NCBI GenBank assembly: GCA_965228735.1
Contig: OZ245838.1
Location: 4,832,001 to 4,896,000 of the forward strand
Length of the DNA stretch: 64,000 nucleotides
Reading direction: 5' to 3'
Source of the DNA: Planctomycetota bacterium
GTDB lineage: Bacteria; Planctomycetota; UBA1135; UBA2386
Numbering within the stretch: position 1 is the stretch's first letter; each line of letters starts with the position of its first letter. The notes below the pieces were generated by a model. The model was given only the letters and a program-made list of their open reading frames with translations, was not told where the DNA came from and made no database searches. The position numbers and the translations under genes were made by a program. Shown piece after piece: positions 17,704 through 26,758 of the stretch.

Positions 17704-19119
17704 TCAGCGTTGGAGGAGCGGCGCCAACGCGGCCGCGATGGTCTCGCCCATGAGTCGGTAGCCACCGTCCGAGCAATGACCGTCGGGGATGAACAGCTCG
17801 TTCCGCGGCCGCTGGCTCGCTTCGAGCGCCGGCCGCAGCGGGATCGCCCGCGTGGCGGTGGCGTTTGCGACGGCGCGGATCACGTCGTCGAGCAGGGGCG
17901 TGGCCATCGGGTAGGTCAGCAGGATCGGTGTCGTGCCATGGCTGCGGCACAGTGCGACGAGTTGCTCGAGGTGGGCGCGCAAGGTGGCGTCGACCGCTGG
18001 GTCCGGCCGCGGCTCGCTGGTGATCGCGAGCATCGTCTGCATGAGGCGTTCGCCCGCCTGTCGCGCGTTCCCCTGCAAGCCCAGAGCGGCGATGGCGGCT
18101 GCCGCGCGCTCGCTGTCGAAGTGCTCGCGGCCGGGTCGCAACGCGACGATGCACTTGCCGAAGTCGCCCTCCAGGCCGAGGGCGGTGATGGCCGACCGCA
18201 AGGCCTTGTCGGGGTCACGTTCGTAGCACGTGCGGCACTGCGCGCGCAGCACGCGAGCGCGCCAGATGCGTTCGTTCGCGGGCGCGAGGTCGTGGGCCTT
18301 GTCGTAGGCGGCCTCGGCCTCGGCCAGCCGCCACGCGTTGTAGTGCTCTTCGGCGACGAGATACCAGAGCGCCGGGGAGTCGGGCCAGCGTTCGACGCCT
18401 TCGCGGGCCACGCGACCGGCGGCCGATCGGTCGCGCGCGCGCACGAGCGCGTCGGACCAACGGACAGCGATGTCGGCGGTCGGTTCACGTTCGAACTCGC
18501 GTTGCAGTCGGGAGGCCTCGGCACGGGCGAGCTCCTCCTCGTCGGCCGCGCGCCGCTCCGAGTCCGGCTTCGATGCGCCCGTTGTCGCCGCGACCGGCGC
18601 GCGATCGCCGAACGCCCACGCGAACAGACGACCCGTGCGCCAGCGCCAGCGCCACGTCGCACTGCTCTCGGCGATCGCGGTTCGTGCGGCCGCGTCGTCG
18701 AGTCGTGCGGGGCGGCTCCACTGATCGTTGAGGCCCGTGAGGATGAGGACGACGTCGGGCTCGTGATCGTCGAGCTGCGCCGCGAGTCGCTGCAGCAGGT
18801 CGCGCGAGTTCTGCCCGGGCCAGGCCGCGTTGACCACCGTCGGTTGCGGCAGGCCACGCGCCGTGAGTTCGCGCCGCAGCACACCGGGATACGCGGTGTC
18901 CGACGAACTCGCGCCGAGCCCGTAGGTGTAGGAGTCGCCGATGCAGAGGATGGTCGCGCCGTCCGCGCTGCCGAGTGCGACCTCGTCGCGCGCGTAACTC
19001 AGATACGCGACGTAGGACGCCACCTGCAGCCCGAATTCGAGCAGCACCACGCTGAGCAGCGCGATCCACACGAACCGGAGCCGCCGGCGACCGCTGGGGC
19101 AGGCCGTCGTCCGCGACAT
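17704..19119 (-). CDS. Membrane-anchored SGNH/GDSL hydrolase with TPR-like insertion
   Basis: N-terminal TM; CIGDSYTYG, GQNS, TGLND, PDGHC blocks; helical repeat insert. Confidence 0.75.
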   Translation of the reverse strand: MSRTTACPSGRRRLRFVWIALLSVVLLEFGLQVASYVAYLSYARDEVALGSADGATILCIGDSYTYGLGASSSDTAYPGVLRRELTARGLPQPTVVNAAWPGQNSRDLLQRLAAQLDDHEPDVVLILTGLNDQWSRPARLDDAAARTAIAESSATWRWRWRTGRLFAWAFGDRAPVAATTGASKPDSERRAADEEELARAEASRLQREFEREPTADIAVRWSDALVRARDRSAAGRVAREGVERWPDSPALWYLVAEEHYNAWRLAEAEAAYDKAHDLAPANERIWRARVLRAQCRTCYERDPDKALRSAITALGLEGDFGKCIVALRPGREHFDSERAAAAIAALGLQGNARQAGERLMQTMLAITSEPRPDPAVDATLRAHLEQLVALCRSHGTTPILLTYPMATPLLDDVIRAVANATATRAIPLRPALEASQRPRNELFIPDGHCSDGGYRLMGETIAAALAPLLQR

Positions 19120-19300
19120 GACCCGGGTGTACTCGATGTGGCGGGCGTTGGCGAGCGGCGTTGGTCGTGAACCGTTCGAACCGCTCTGGTCGACCGGAAC
19201 ATGCTGCCTCGTGAGGCGGAAGTCCGGTTGGTGCTCTCGTGTGAGTGACGTCCGACGGATCGCCGAAGCGTCAAGTGGCGGGGGGACTCTCCAGCGCGCG

Positions 19301-20395
19301 TCAGCTCGTGGCGTCGCGTGCGGCGCGGGTCATCGCGATCGCATAGATCACCACCAGGAGAATCCCGGCGACGACCGCGATCTTGCCTGCGGTCGCGGGG
19401 CCGCCCGCGGAAGCTGCGCTGGCGGGCGCGGCCGACAGTCCCAGCGTGTGCGCGAGCGCGCCGCCGACGAGCAGGCCCATGACCGCGACGAACGCGTCGC
19501 CGTTGCCCTCGCCCGTGAGCACGACGAGGCGCACGGGACAGCCGCCGCACAGAGCACCCGTCATGCCGACGAGCGCGAGTCCGAGCATGTTCCACGCCCA
19601 TTCGCCGTGCGCGACGGGTTGGCCTTCGAGTCCGGGTGCGAAGCGGCCGCCGATCACGAGCACGAGCGCGTAGGCGAGCATCAGGGCGACCGCCGCGATG
19701 AGCATCGGGCGGGGGCCGCCGAACACCTGGCGGGCGGCGTTCACGCCGCAGAAGCCGGTTGCCGAGAGGATCGCGCCGCCGCCGATGCCGAGGCCGAGCG
19801 CCAGCAGCCACGGTGCGTGGGCGGGGCCGGTCGTTGCACCGGGGCCCGGGCCGGCGAAGGTGTCACTGATCGCGAACACGAGCAACAGAACGCCGATGAT
19901 GAGGGGTCCGGCGAGCCCGATCGTGAGCGGCACCTCGTGCGTCTTGCCGATCGAGTAGCCGCGCCGTTCGAACGCGCGCGCGATGCCGACGCCGCCGAGG
20001 AAACCCGGCAGCGCGAGCCAGGCGTTCAGGTCGCCGCCGCCGAGGCGTTGGAACAGGCGGAACGGACAGCCGAGGAACACGAGCGCGCCGATCGCCATCG
20101 CGACGCCGAGCAGGAAGCGCATGACGGCGTTCGAGCCGGAGCGGCCGACGTGACGGCCGCTGACGAAGCACCAGATCAACGCGCCGAAGACGAGGCCCGC
20201 GATCTCGGGGCGGAAGACGGCCGGGCCCTGGTGCATCTTGAGCGCGCCCGCGACGTCACGCACGAAACAGGCCCCGCACAGTCCCATGTTGCCCGGGTTG
20301 CCGAGCAGCACGAGCGTCGCGGCCAGCGCGCCGAGCAGTCCGACGAGTGCGATGCCGAGCCAGCGGCGAGCGGGATTCGGTTCGTTGCGCAGCAT
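19301..20395 (-). CDS. yedE: YedE/YeeE family putative selenium transporter
   Basis: GNPGNMGLCGACFVRDVAGAL signature of the selenium-associated YedE subfamily, RPEIAG, LGCPFR...LGGGD, GGCPVR; about 10 TM segments. Confidence 0.9.
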   Translation of the reverse strand: MLRNEPNPARRWLGIALVGLLGALAATLVLLGNPGNMGLCGACFVRDVAGALKMHQGPAVFRPEIAGLVFGALIWCFVSGRHVGRSGSNAVMRFLLGVAMAIGALVFLGCPFRLFQRLGGGDLNAWLALPGFLGGVGIARAFERRGYSIGKTHEVPLTIGLAGPLIIGVLLLVFAISDTFAGPGPGATTGPAHAPWLLALGLGIGGGAILSATGFCGVNAARQVFGGPRPMLIAAVALMLAYALVLVIGGRFAPGLEGQPVAHGEWAWNMLGLALVGMTGALCGGCPVRLVVLTGEGNGDAFVAVMGLLVGGALAHTLGLSAAPASAASAGGPATAGKIAVVAGILLVVIYAIAMTRAARDATS

Positions 20396-20517
20396 CGCCA
20401 GAGTTTGCCTGCGCTGCGGGCTAGCGGCAACGTTCGCCGGGCTGCGTTGCCGCTAGCCCATGATTCCCGTTGCGGTCAGCGCGCTATACGAGGATCGAAC
20501 GTGAAGAAGACGCGGCG

Positions 20518-21528
20518 TCAGAGCCGCAACAGCATCTGGATGTTGCTGCGCGCGTACGGCGTCGGCTCGCCCGCGATCTCCTCGAAGCCGAGTTTGCGAT
20601 ACAGGGTGATCGCTGGCTCGAGCACCGTGTTGCTCTCGAGGAAGAGCTCTGCGGCGCCGAGCTCGCGCGCGCGATCGATCACGGCGCGGCCGAGGCGTTC
20701 GCCGATGCCGAGGCCGCGGACGCGTTCGGTCACCGCCATCTTGGCGAGCTCGAGGCGGCCGTCGCTGCGCGGCATCAGGGCGCACGTGCCGACGATGTCG
20801 TCGTGCAGCGTCGCCATGAAGATCGCGCCGCCGGGGTCGAGCACCGACCGCCACGGATCGGAGAGCGTCTTGCGGTCGGCGTCCTCGACGACGAACCAGT
20901 GTTCGATCCACTCGAGGTTGAGGCGTTCGAACGCGGCCGCATCGCTCGGCGAGTCGTCGAAGTCGCGGACGGCGATCGCGGGTTCGAGCCGTTCGCGCCG
21001 TTTGTTGGCGATGCGCTGATAGAGCCCGCGGTCGTCGAACGCGGACTCGGCCTCCGCGAGCGCCCGCCAGAGATTGTCGTGCATCTCGGCGAGCATCTCG
21101 TCGACGGCGGCGCCGACATCGGCGAACAGCTCCTCGACGCGGTGGCCGACGCGCACGCCCTTCGCGGAGAGCGCGAGGTCCCGCACGCGGCCGTCGTTGG
21201 CGTTGGGCGTCGACTCGACGAGGCCCGCTATGGTCATCGCCTTGACGATCTGGCTGACCGCGGCGTGGCTCATGCCGATCGACTCGGCGAGCTCGGTGAC
21301 GGTGGAGACGCCGGCGACGTCCGTGGCCCCGGCCTCGCGCGGCACATCGGGCCCGGCTTCGCGATCCCGCCGCGCGTTGGCCAGCAGGTAGAAGACCGGA
21401 AACCAGCGCGGGTCGAAGTCGACGCCGTGCAGCTGGTAGGCCTTGGCGGCGTCGTCCGTGAGGCGCTGCGCGAGCGCCCGCAGGCGACTGCCCAGGGCCA
21501 GGCTTCCGGCGCGTTCGTAGAGCTTCAT
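20518..21528 (-). CDS. Bifunctional MarR-type HTH regulator / GNAT acetyltransferase
   Basis: LALGSRLR...FDPRWFPVF...TELAESIGMSHAAVSQ; C-terminal ELAKMAV...RGLGIG...FLESNTVLEPAITLYRKLGF. Confidence 0.9.
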   Translation of the reverse strand: MKLYERAGSLALGSRLRALAQRLTDDAAKAYQLHGVDFDPRWFPVFYLLANARRDREAGPDVPREAGATDVAGVSTVTELAESIGMSHAAVSQIVKAMTIAGLVESTPNANDGRVRDLALSAKGVRVGHRVEELFADVGAAVDEMLAEMHDNLWRALAEAESAFDDRGLYQRIANKRRERLEPAIAVRDFDDSPSDAAAFERLNLEWIEHWFVVEDADRKTLSDPWRSVLDPGGAIFMATLHDDIVGTCALMPRSDGRLELAKMAVTERVRGLGIGERLGRAVIDRARELGAAELFLESNTVLEPAITLYRKLGFEEIAGEPTPYARSNIQMLLRL

Positions 21529-21543
21529 CGGGGCGATTCTCCC

Positions 21544-21567
21544 AGATAGGTAAGAGCTTACATATCT
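21544..21567. promoter_or_regulatory. AT-rich palindromic operator (probable MarR site)
   Basis: AGATAGGTAAG-AG-CTTACATATCT, 11-bp arms with one mismatch, 15 nt upstream of the MarR-GNAT ATG. Confidence 0.65.
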
Positions 21568-21610
21568 CAGGATGCAGCAATGGCTGTCGGTTTGCAAGGG
21601 CCCGTCCGGC

Positions 21611-22639
21611 TCAGCGGATCGTCAGCGTCCGGCGCTCGTCGGCGCCTGCTACGAGCTCGATCGTGACGTCGTGGACCGATTCGCTGCCCCGGTCGATCCG
21701 CAGCTGCCAGGTTCCCGGATGGACGCGGTCGAAGCGGGCGACGCGGCCGTCGCGGTATGCGCGCATGCGGTGCTCGCCGGCGACGAGGACGCAACGTGCG
21801 CGATCGATGCTCGTCGGATCGCCGGTGAGCTCGACCGTGAGGCGGGCCGGGCGGGCGCCGGTCATTGGTTCGACTTCGGTCGTCTGGTCCCGCGTCAGGG
21901 TCACGGTCACGGGGCGAAAGACGAACCGTTCGTGCGTCGCCCGGATGCGGTAACGACCGGGCGGCAGCGGGCCGGCCGTGAACGTGCCGTCGGCGACGGT
22001 GCGAATCGAGCTGCCGAGGGTCACGGGCCAACGGCCTTGCGAGAGCTCGATCGACACGTCGGCGAGCGGGTTGCCAGCGAAGTCGAGCGCGCGGCCGCGG
22101 ACGTGCGCCGTCGCGGCATGTTCGGGCCCGATCACGAAGACGCGTTCGTCGGTGCCGGCCGCGACGTTCTCGAAGTGCGCGACGATGGGGGCGAAGCCGG
22201 GCTTGTCGCGCACGAGCAGCGTGTTGGCCTCGGCCTTCCGTACGTCGAGGACGAAGCGGCCTTCGCCGTCGGTCTTGCTGCCGCGGGGGGTGTCCTTCGC
22301 GGCGATCCACCAACTGGTCAGTGGTTGACCACGAGGATCCGTCAGTCGCCCACGGATTCGAGCGGCCGGCGCAAGTACGAAGTCCTGCCGCACGGTCGCG
22401 CCGGCCGCGATCTCGATCGTGCGATGAGCCGGAGCGTAGCCCGTCGCCTCGACCGTGATCGCGCGGTGGCCGACATCGATGTCAGGGAACTCGAACTCAC
22501 CGTTCGCATCACTTTCGACGCCAGGAGTCTGTCGGTAACCCCAGCTGAGGGCTGCGATCTCCGCCCCCGCGATCGGTCGGCCTTCCTGGTCACGAACGCT
22601 GCCGACGAGCGTGGCGCTGGCAGGCAACTCGACGAGCAC
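21611..22639 (-). pseudogene. Carboxypeptidase-regulatory-like repeat protein, apparently 5'-truncated
   Basis: GSVRDQEGRPIAGA, GRLTDPRGQPL, GRALDFAGNPL repeats; no signal peptide or RBS; frame starts mid-domain just after an in-frame TAG. Confidence 0.55.
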
Positions 22640-22708
22640 CTCGGTGGTGGTGCCGGTGCTCAGCTACCGCGTTGACGATCGCCGCGGTGGCGTTCACCGA
22701 AGGGGCGG

Positions 22709-23866
22709 TCACCGCAGGTAGCCCGGCAGCCAGCCGCGGGAACCCTGCGGCGGAATCGCGTCCGCGACATCGCGGCCGTCGGCGATGGTGAAGCGCACGG
22801 CGAGCGGGAAGTCGCCGGGCGGCGCGCCGCGGGTGTAGCGACCCTCGCCGCGGAACGGGCCGAGGCCGATCAGGTCGAAGCGCGTCACGCGCTTGCCGTC
22901 GGTCTCGACGAAGCCGAACAGCGCGGCCTCGTAGCGCCGATCGCCGGTCTTCGTCGCGAGCTCGACGCGGCCCGTGATGCGACCGTCGCGCAGCTTCACG
23001 TCGAGCGCGCGGACCTCCTCGTCGCGCCACATCGGCGGTTCGCCGCGTGTCGCGTCGACGAGGTGGAAGCGGGCGAGTCGGCGCACGAGCGAGTCGGGGA
23101 GCTCGCCGCGAACGAGCGCTTCGTGTTCGTCCCGAGTGAGCCACAGGTTGTCGCGCGAGAGCGCGGACTGCTTGATCCGCTCCCAATCGTCCTTCGGTTC
23201 CGGGTAACCCGCGAGCACGCGGCCGTGCACGCGTACGACGAGTCCGCCGGCCGGCGGCTCGGGCGCGTAGCGCGCGTCGACCTTGCCGCGGTCCATGGCT
23301 TCGACGCTCGTGTCCGCCGCCGCGCTCGCCCGGAACTCCGCGAGCGCCTGGCGCACGAGCCGGCGCACCTTCTGCGGGTCGCGGTTGTTGTTGTAGAGCA
23401 GCAGTTGGCCGCCCGGGGTCGCGACGTAGAAGCCCTGCGTCGTGCGGCGGAAGTCGTGCCGCGGACCCTGCCCGGCGATCGCGCGCCACAGTTCGCCTTC
23501 GTTGTCCTGTTGGCGCCGTTCGTAGGCCTGGTCGATCGCGACGGGCACGAAGTGCTCGTTGAGCAGCGCGATCATCTCGTCGTTGTCGAACGTCGACGCA
23601 CGGTCGAGCACGCCGTTGTTTCAAGTGCAGCCGAGCGGGTGGCCGTCCATCGCCCAGACGAACAGTGGCTTCTGCCGGTCGGCAGCCTCGTTGCGGGCGC
23701 CGAGCAGGTCGATGCGCCACGCGATACGGCGCCACGGCGCGTCCTCGTCGGGCGTGAGCTGCTCGAAGAGCTCCGTGAAGCGCGCCTCGTCGAGCGCCTC
23801 CGCGGTCTGCGCGGCGACGGCGCCCAACAGGGAGAAAAACGAAGCAAACGCGCGGACGTGAGACAT
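22709..23866 (-). CDS. Exported thioredoxin-fold protein, predicted selenoprotein (UGA 23623-23621 = Sec82), SELENON-like active region, 385 aa
   Basis: ORFs 23621..23866 and 22709..23611 share a frame: ...KPLFVWAMDGHPLGCT-U-NNGVLDRASTFDNDEMIALLNEHFVPVAID; the halves form one Trx-like beta1-motif-alpha-beta2 unit; signal peptide; SECIS-like hairpin. Confidence 0.78.
23589..23620 (-). promoter_or_regulatory. Bacterial SECIS-like hairpin
   Basis: mRNA UGA-AACAACGGCGUGC-UCGAC-CGUGC-GUCGA-CGUU; 5-bp upper stem, GU-containing loop after an 18-nt spacer. Confidence 0.55.
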
Positions 23867-24050
23867 GGATCGGCCTCCGAGGACCTGACGACCATACCGG
23901 TCCGTCGACCGGTCGCGGAGGTCCGACCCTCGCCGAAGCTCGGCGATCCTGCATAAGCCGGATCACGAGCGCCGGGGGATCGTAACACGCGCGTCCTCGA
24001 TGGCTCGCACGAGCGGGCCGCGAATCCGTTCCCAGAAACCGAATCGATCT

Positions 24051-24410
24051 ATGAAGAAGACCAGAACCACTCTCGTGTCCGCGGCCGTCACCGGCCTGTT
24101 CATGGGCACTGCCGCGACCACGTTCACCGCTTGCTCGGGCATGCCGAGCGCGTCATCGAGCATGGAGCTCGAGAAGCACGCTTGTAAGACGCTCAACAGC
24201 TGTCAGGGCAAGGGCGGCTGCAGCTCGAGCGCCAACGGCTGCAAGGCCAAGAACGACTGCAAGGGCCAGGGCGGGTGCGCGACCGTCAGCAACGAATGCC
24301 GCGGCCACAACGACTGCAAGGGTCAGGGCGGCTGCAAGACCGCGACCAACTCCTGCAAGGGGCAGAACGACTGCAAGAACCAGGGCGGCTGCAAGGTCAC
24401 CAAGCACTGA
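24051..24410 (+). CDS. Cys-rich bufferin (BufA2)-type RiPP precursor, probable lipoprotein
   Basis: MKKTR+hydrophobic+FTAC; four repeats of C-x5-C-x5-C (e.g. NxCKGxNDCKGQGGC); directly upstream of DUF692. Confidence 0.85.
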   Translation: MKKTRTTLVSAAVTGLFMGTAATTFTACSGMPSASSSMELEKHACKTLNSCQGKGGCSSSANGCKAKNDCKGQGGCATVSNECRGHNDCKGQGGCKTATNSCKGQNDCKNQGGCKVTKH

Positions 24411-24422
24411 TCGCAGACGGCC

Positions 24423-25277
24423 ATGCAGAAGCCCCTCGATCGACTCGTCCAGCGCGACCTCGGCATCGGCATCGGACTCCGGACGGCGCATTACGCGACC
24501 GTCCTGGAGGAGAAGCCGGCCGTCGACTTCTTCGAGATCCTGTCGGAGAACTACATGCACACGGGCGGGCGCCCGTTGCGGGTGCTCGACGAGGTGGCGG
24601 CCCACTACCCGGTCGTCATGCACGGGGTGTCGATGAACATCGGCAGCACGGACCCGCTCGATCGGGAGTACTTGAACGAACTGCGCGCGCTGCAGCGACG
24701 CTGCGGCGCGCGCTGGATCAGTGATCACATCTGCTGGACCGGCGTCGACGGCAAGAATCTGCACGACCTGCTGCCGCTGCCGTATTCGAAGGCGGCCCTC
24801 GCGCACCTCGTCGAGCGCGTCAACGCGGTGCAGGACATCCTGGAGCAGCCGCTCGTGCTCGAGAACCCGAGCACGTACCTGCAGTTCGCGGGTGCCGACT
24901 TCACCGAGGTCGAGTTCCTGCAGGAGCTGACCGCGGCGACCGGCTGTGGGCTGCTCATGGACGTGAACAACGTGTTCGTCTGCGCGGAGAATCACGGCTT
25001 CGACGCGACGGCGTATCTGCGGGCCGTGCCGTGGGACCACGTCGTCTACTTCCATCTCGCGGGCCACTCCGTGCTCGAGACGCACCGGCTCGACACGCAC
25101 GACGGTCCGGTCTGCGACGAGGTCTGGGAGCTCTACGGCCTCGCCCACGAGCTGTCGGGCGGGCGCTCGACCCTGCTCGAATGGGACGCCCACATCCCGT
25201 CGTTCGACGAGGTCCACGCGGAGGCGCAGAAGGCCGAACGCCATCGCGCAGCCAGACCAGCGGAGGTCTCACGGTGA
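24423..25277 (+). CDS. Multinuclear non-heme iron oxidative enzyme (MNIO, DUF692; BufB/MbnB family)
   Basis: GIGLRTAHY, FFEILSENY, HGVSMNIG, SDHICW, HDLLPLP, LENPSTY, DVNNV, HLAGH, DTHD, LLEWD. Confidence 0.95.
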   Translation: MQKPLDRLVQRDLGIGIGLRTAHYATVLEEKPAVDFFEILSENYMHTGGRPLRVLDEVAAHYPVVMHGVSMNIGSTDPLDREYLNELRALQRRCGARWISDHICWTGVDGKNLHDLLPLPYSKAALAHLVERVNAVQDILEQPLVLENPSTYLQFAGADFTEVEFLQELTAATGCGLLMDVNNVFVCAENHGFDATAYLRAVPWDHVVYFHLAGHSVLETHRLDTHDGPVCDEVWELYGLAHELSGGRSTLLEWDAHIPSFDEVHAEAQKAERHRAARPAEVSR

Positions 25278-26083
25278 CCGATCTACGCACGCTCCAGCAG
25301 TGGGTGGCGGCGGTCGTCGAACACCCGAGCACGGCCGATGTCGCGATCCGCAGCAAGGCCGCGACCGCGCTGATCGCCCGTGACGACGTCGACGGGGTCC
25401 TCGTGCCGAACGCGCGGCTCGATGCGGCAGGCATGCTGCAGGTCTACAACGGCGGCTACCTGGCGCGGCTGCTCGAGGTCCTCGAGGGCGATTACGGCGC
25501 CGTGCGAGACGCGATCGGGACGGCCGAGTTCCGTGCGATCGGGGCGCGCTATCTGCAGCGGCACCCGAGCCGGCATCCCAACCTCAATCGCCTCGGGCGC
25601 GGGTTCCCGGCGTTCGTCCAGCGGCAGCGCAGACTGCCGAACCGCCGGTTCGTCACCGAGCTCGCCACGCTCGAGCTGACCTGCTCGCTCGCGTTCGACG
25701 CCTCGGAGTTCGAACCCGTCGCGTTGGAGCAGTTCCGCGACGTCGAGCCGTCACGCTGGGACGCGGCGCGGCTGCAGGTGAACCCGTCGCTCGCCGTGCT
25801 CGCGTTCGCTCACCCGGTCGACGAGTTCTACCAGGCGTGGAAGGAAGACGCCCCGCAGCCCGTGCCCGCCCCCGACCCGTCATGGGTCGCGGTGTTTCGC
25901 AAGAACGACCGGGTGTGGCGGCAGCGGTTGACGGAGCCGATGTTCGCGGTGCTCACGGCGCTCGTCGCCGGCGAACCGTTGGGCCAGGCGCTCGCGCGCG
26001 CCGAGGCGGACAGCCCGGTCGCCGAGTGGTTCCAGGGCTTCGCGGCCCACGGTCTCTTCGTTGGGGTCGACTTCGGCGACTGA
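25274..26083 (+). CDS. DUF2063 family MNIO partner (BufC-like)
   Basis: GTGA overlap with DUF692; LQVYNGGYLARL...YLQRHPS...GRGFPAF...ELATLE. Confidence 0.9.
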   Translation: MTDLRTLQQWVAAVVEHPSTADVAIRSKAATALIARDDVDGVLVPNARLDAAGMLQVYNGGYLARLLEVLEGDYGAVRDAIGTAEFRAIGARYLQRHPSRHPNLNRLGRGFPAFVQRQRRLPNRRFVTELATLELTCSLAFDASEFEPVALEQFRDVEPSRWDAARLQVNPSLAVLAFAHPVDEFYQAWKEDAPQPVPAPDPSWVAVFRKNDRVWRQRLTEPMFAVLTALVAGEPLGQALARAEADSPVAEWFQGFAAHGLFVGVDFGD

Positions 26084-26124
26084 CCGGCGTCTCGCCACGC
26101 ACCGCTCGTGATACCGTGGCGGGC

Positions 26125-26637
26125 GTGAAGACCGCCAAGAGAGTCTCGTTCGGAGTCACCGTGCTGTGCGCCGCGCTCGCCAGTTGCGCGTCGCCCTACA
26201 CGCCGAGCCCCGATCGCCCGTTCGAGGAGATTCCGGAGTTCACCTCCACGCGCACGATCGCGCTGGTCAACGCGCAGGACCGCGACGAAGAGGTCAGCTT
26301 CGGCGGTGGCGTGACCGCCAACTACCACAAGTGGACCGAGGTTGCGATCGAGGTCGCCGAGCGCGAACTGACGAAACGCGGGGTGACGATCGACCCGAAC
26401 GCCGAGAGCAAGCTGATGCTGAAGCTCACGCGCGCCCAACTCGACACGGGCTGGGTGACGATCGAGACCCAGCTCGACCTCGACGCCGAGTCCAACGACG
26501 GCTTCGGCGCCAGCTACACCGGCAGGAACAGCTCGGCGATGATGGCTGTGATCAAACGCCAGATCGACGGGGCGGTGATGCGCGTCGTGAAGGAACTGCT
26601 GTCGGATCCCGACTTCGTCGCCTGGCTCGGGTCGTAG
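26125..26637 (+). CDS. Hypothetical lipoprotein
   Basis: GTG start, basic N-terminus, LASC lipobox, normal codon bias. Confidence 0.7.
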   Translation: MKTAKRVSFGVTVLCAALASCASPYTPSPDRPFEEIPEFTSTRTIALVNAQDRDEEVSFGGGVTANYHKWTEVAIEVAERELTKRGVTIDPNAESKLMLKLTRAQLDTGWVTIETQLDLDAESNDGFGASYTGRNSSAMMAVIKRQIDGAVMRVVKELLSDPDFVAWLGS

Positions 26638-26758
26638 TTCGTTGCGGCCCCGGTTCGGGGAGGCGTGCGGCCGCCGACCACTTTTCTGGCGAACCCTGGC
26701 CGAAACCGGTCCCCGATCTCGTTCATGACAGAGAAGGGGCCGAAGGAGAGCCCTCGTC

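Noticed and set aside
19120..19300. Possible riboswitch downstream of yedE / upstream of the SGNH gene
   Set aside because: Only short GC-rich stems; no recognisable conserved riboswitch motif
22655..22712. VTAPSVNATAAIVNAVAE resembling a molybdoenzyme large-subunit C-terminus
   Set aside because: Under 20 residues, so it cannot be distinguished from chance
23981..24010. GTAAC motif upstream of the RiPP precursor as an ECF (SigF-like) promoter
   Set aside because: No matching -10 element at the expected spacing; too weak to call
24408..24425. Precursor stop TGA is in frame with the DUF692 ATG (4 codons apart), suggesting Sec read-through or fusion
   Set aside because: The UGA is not at a Cys position of the repeat, no hairpin with the 18-nt geometry follows, and DUF692 has a normal start
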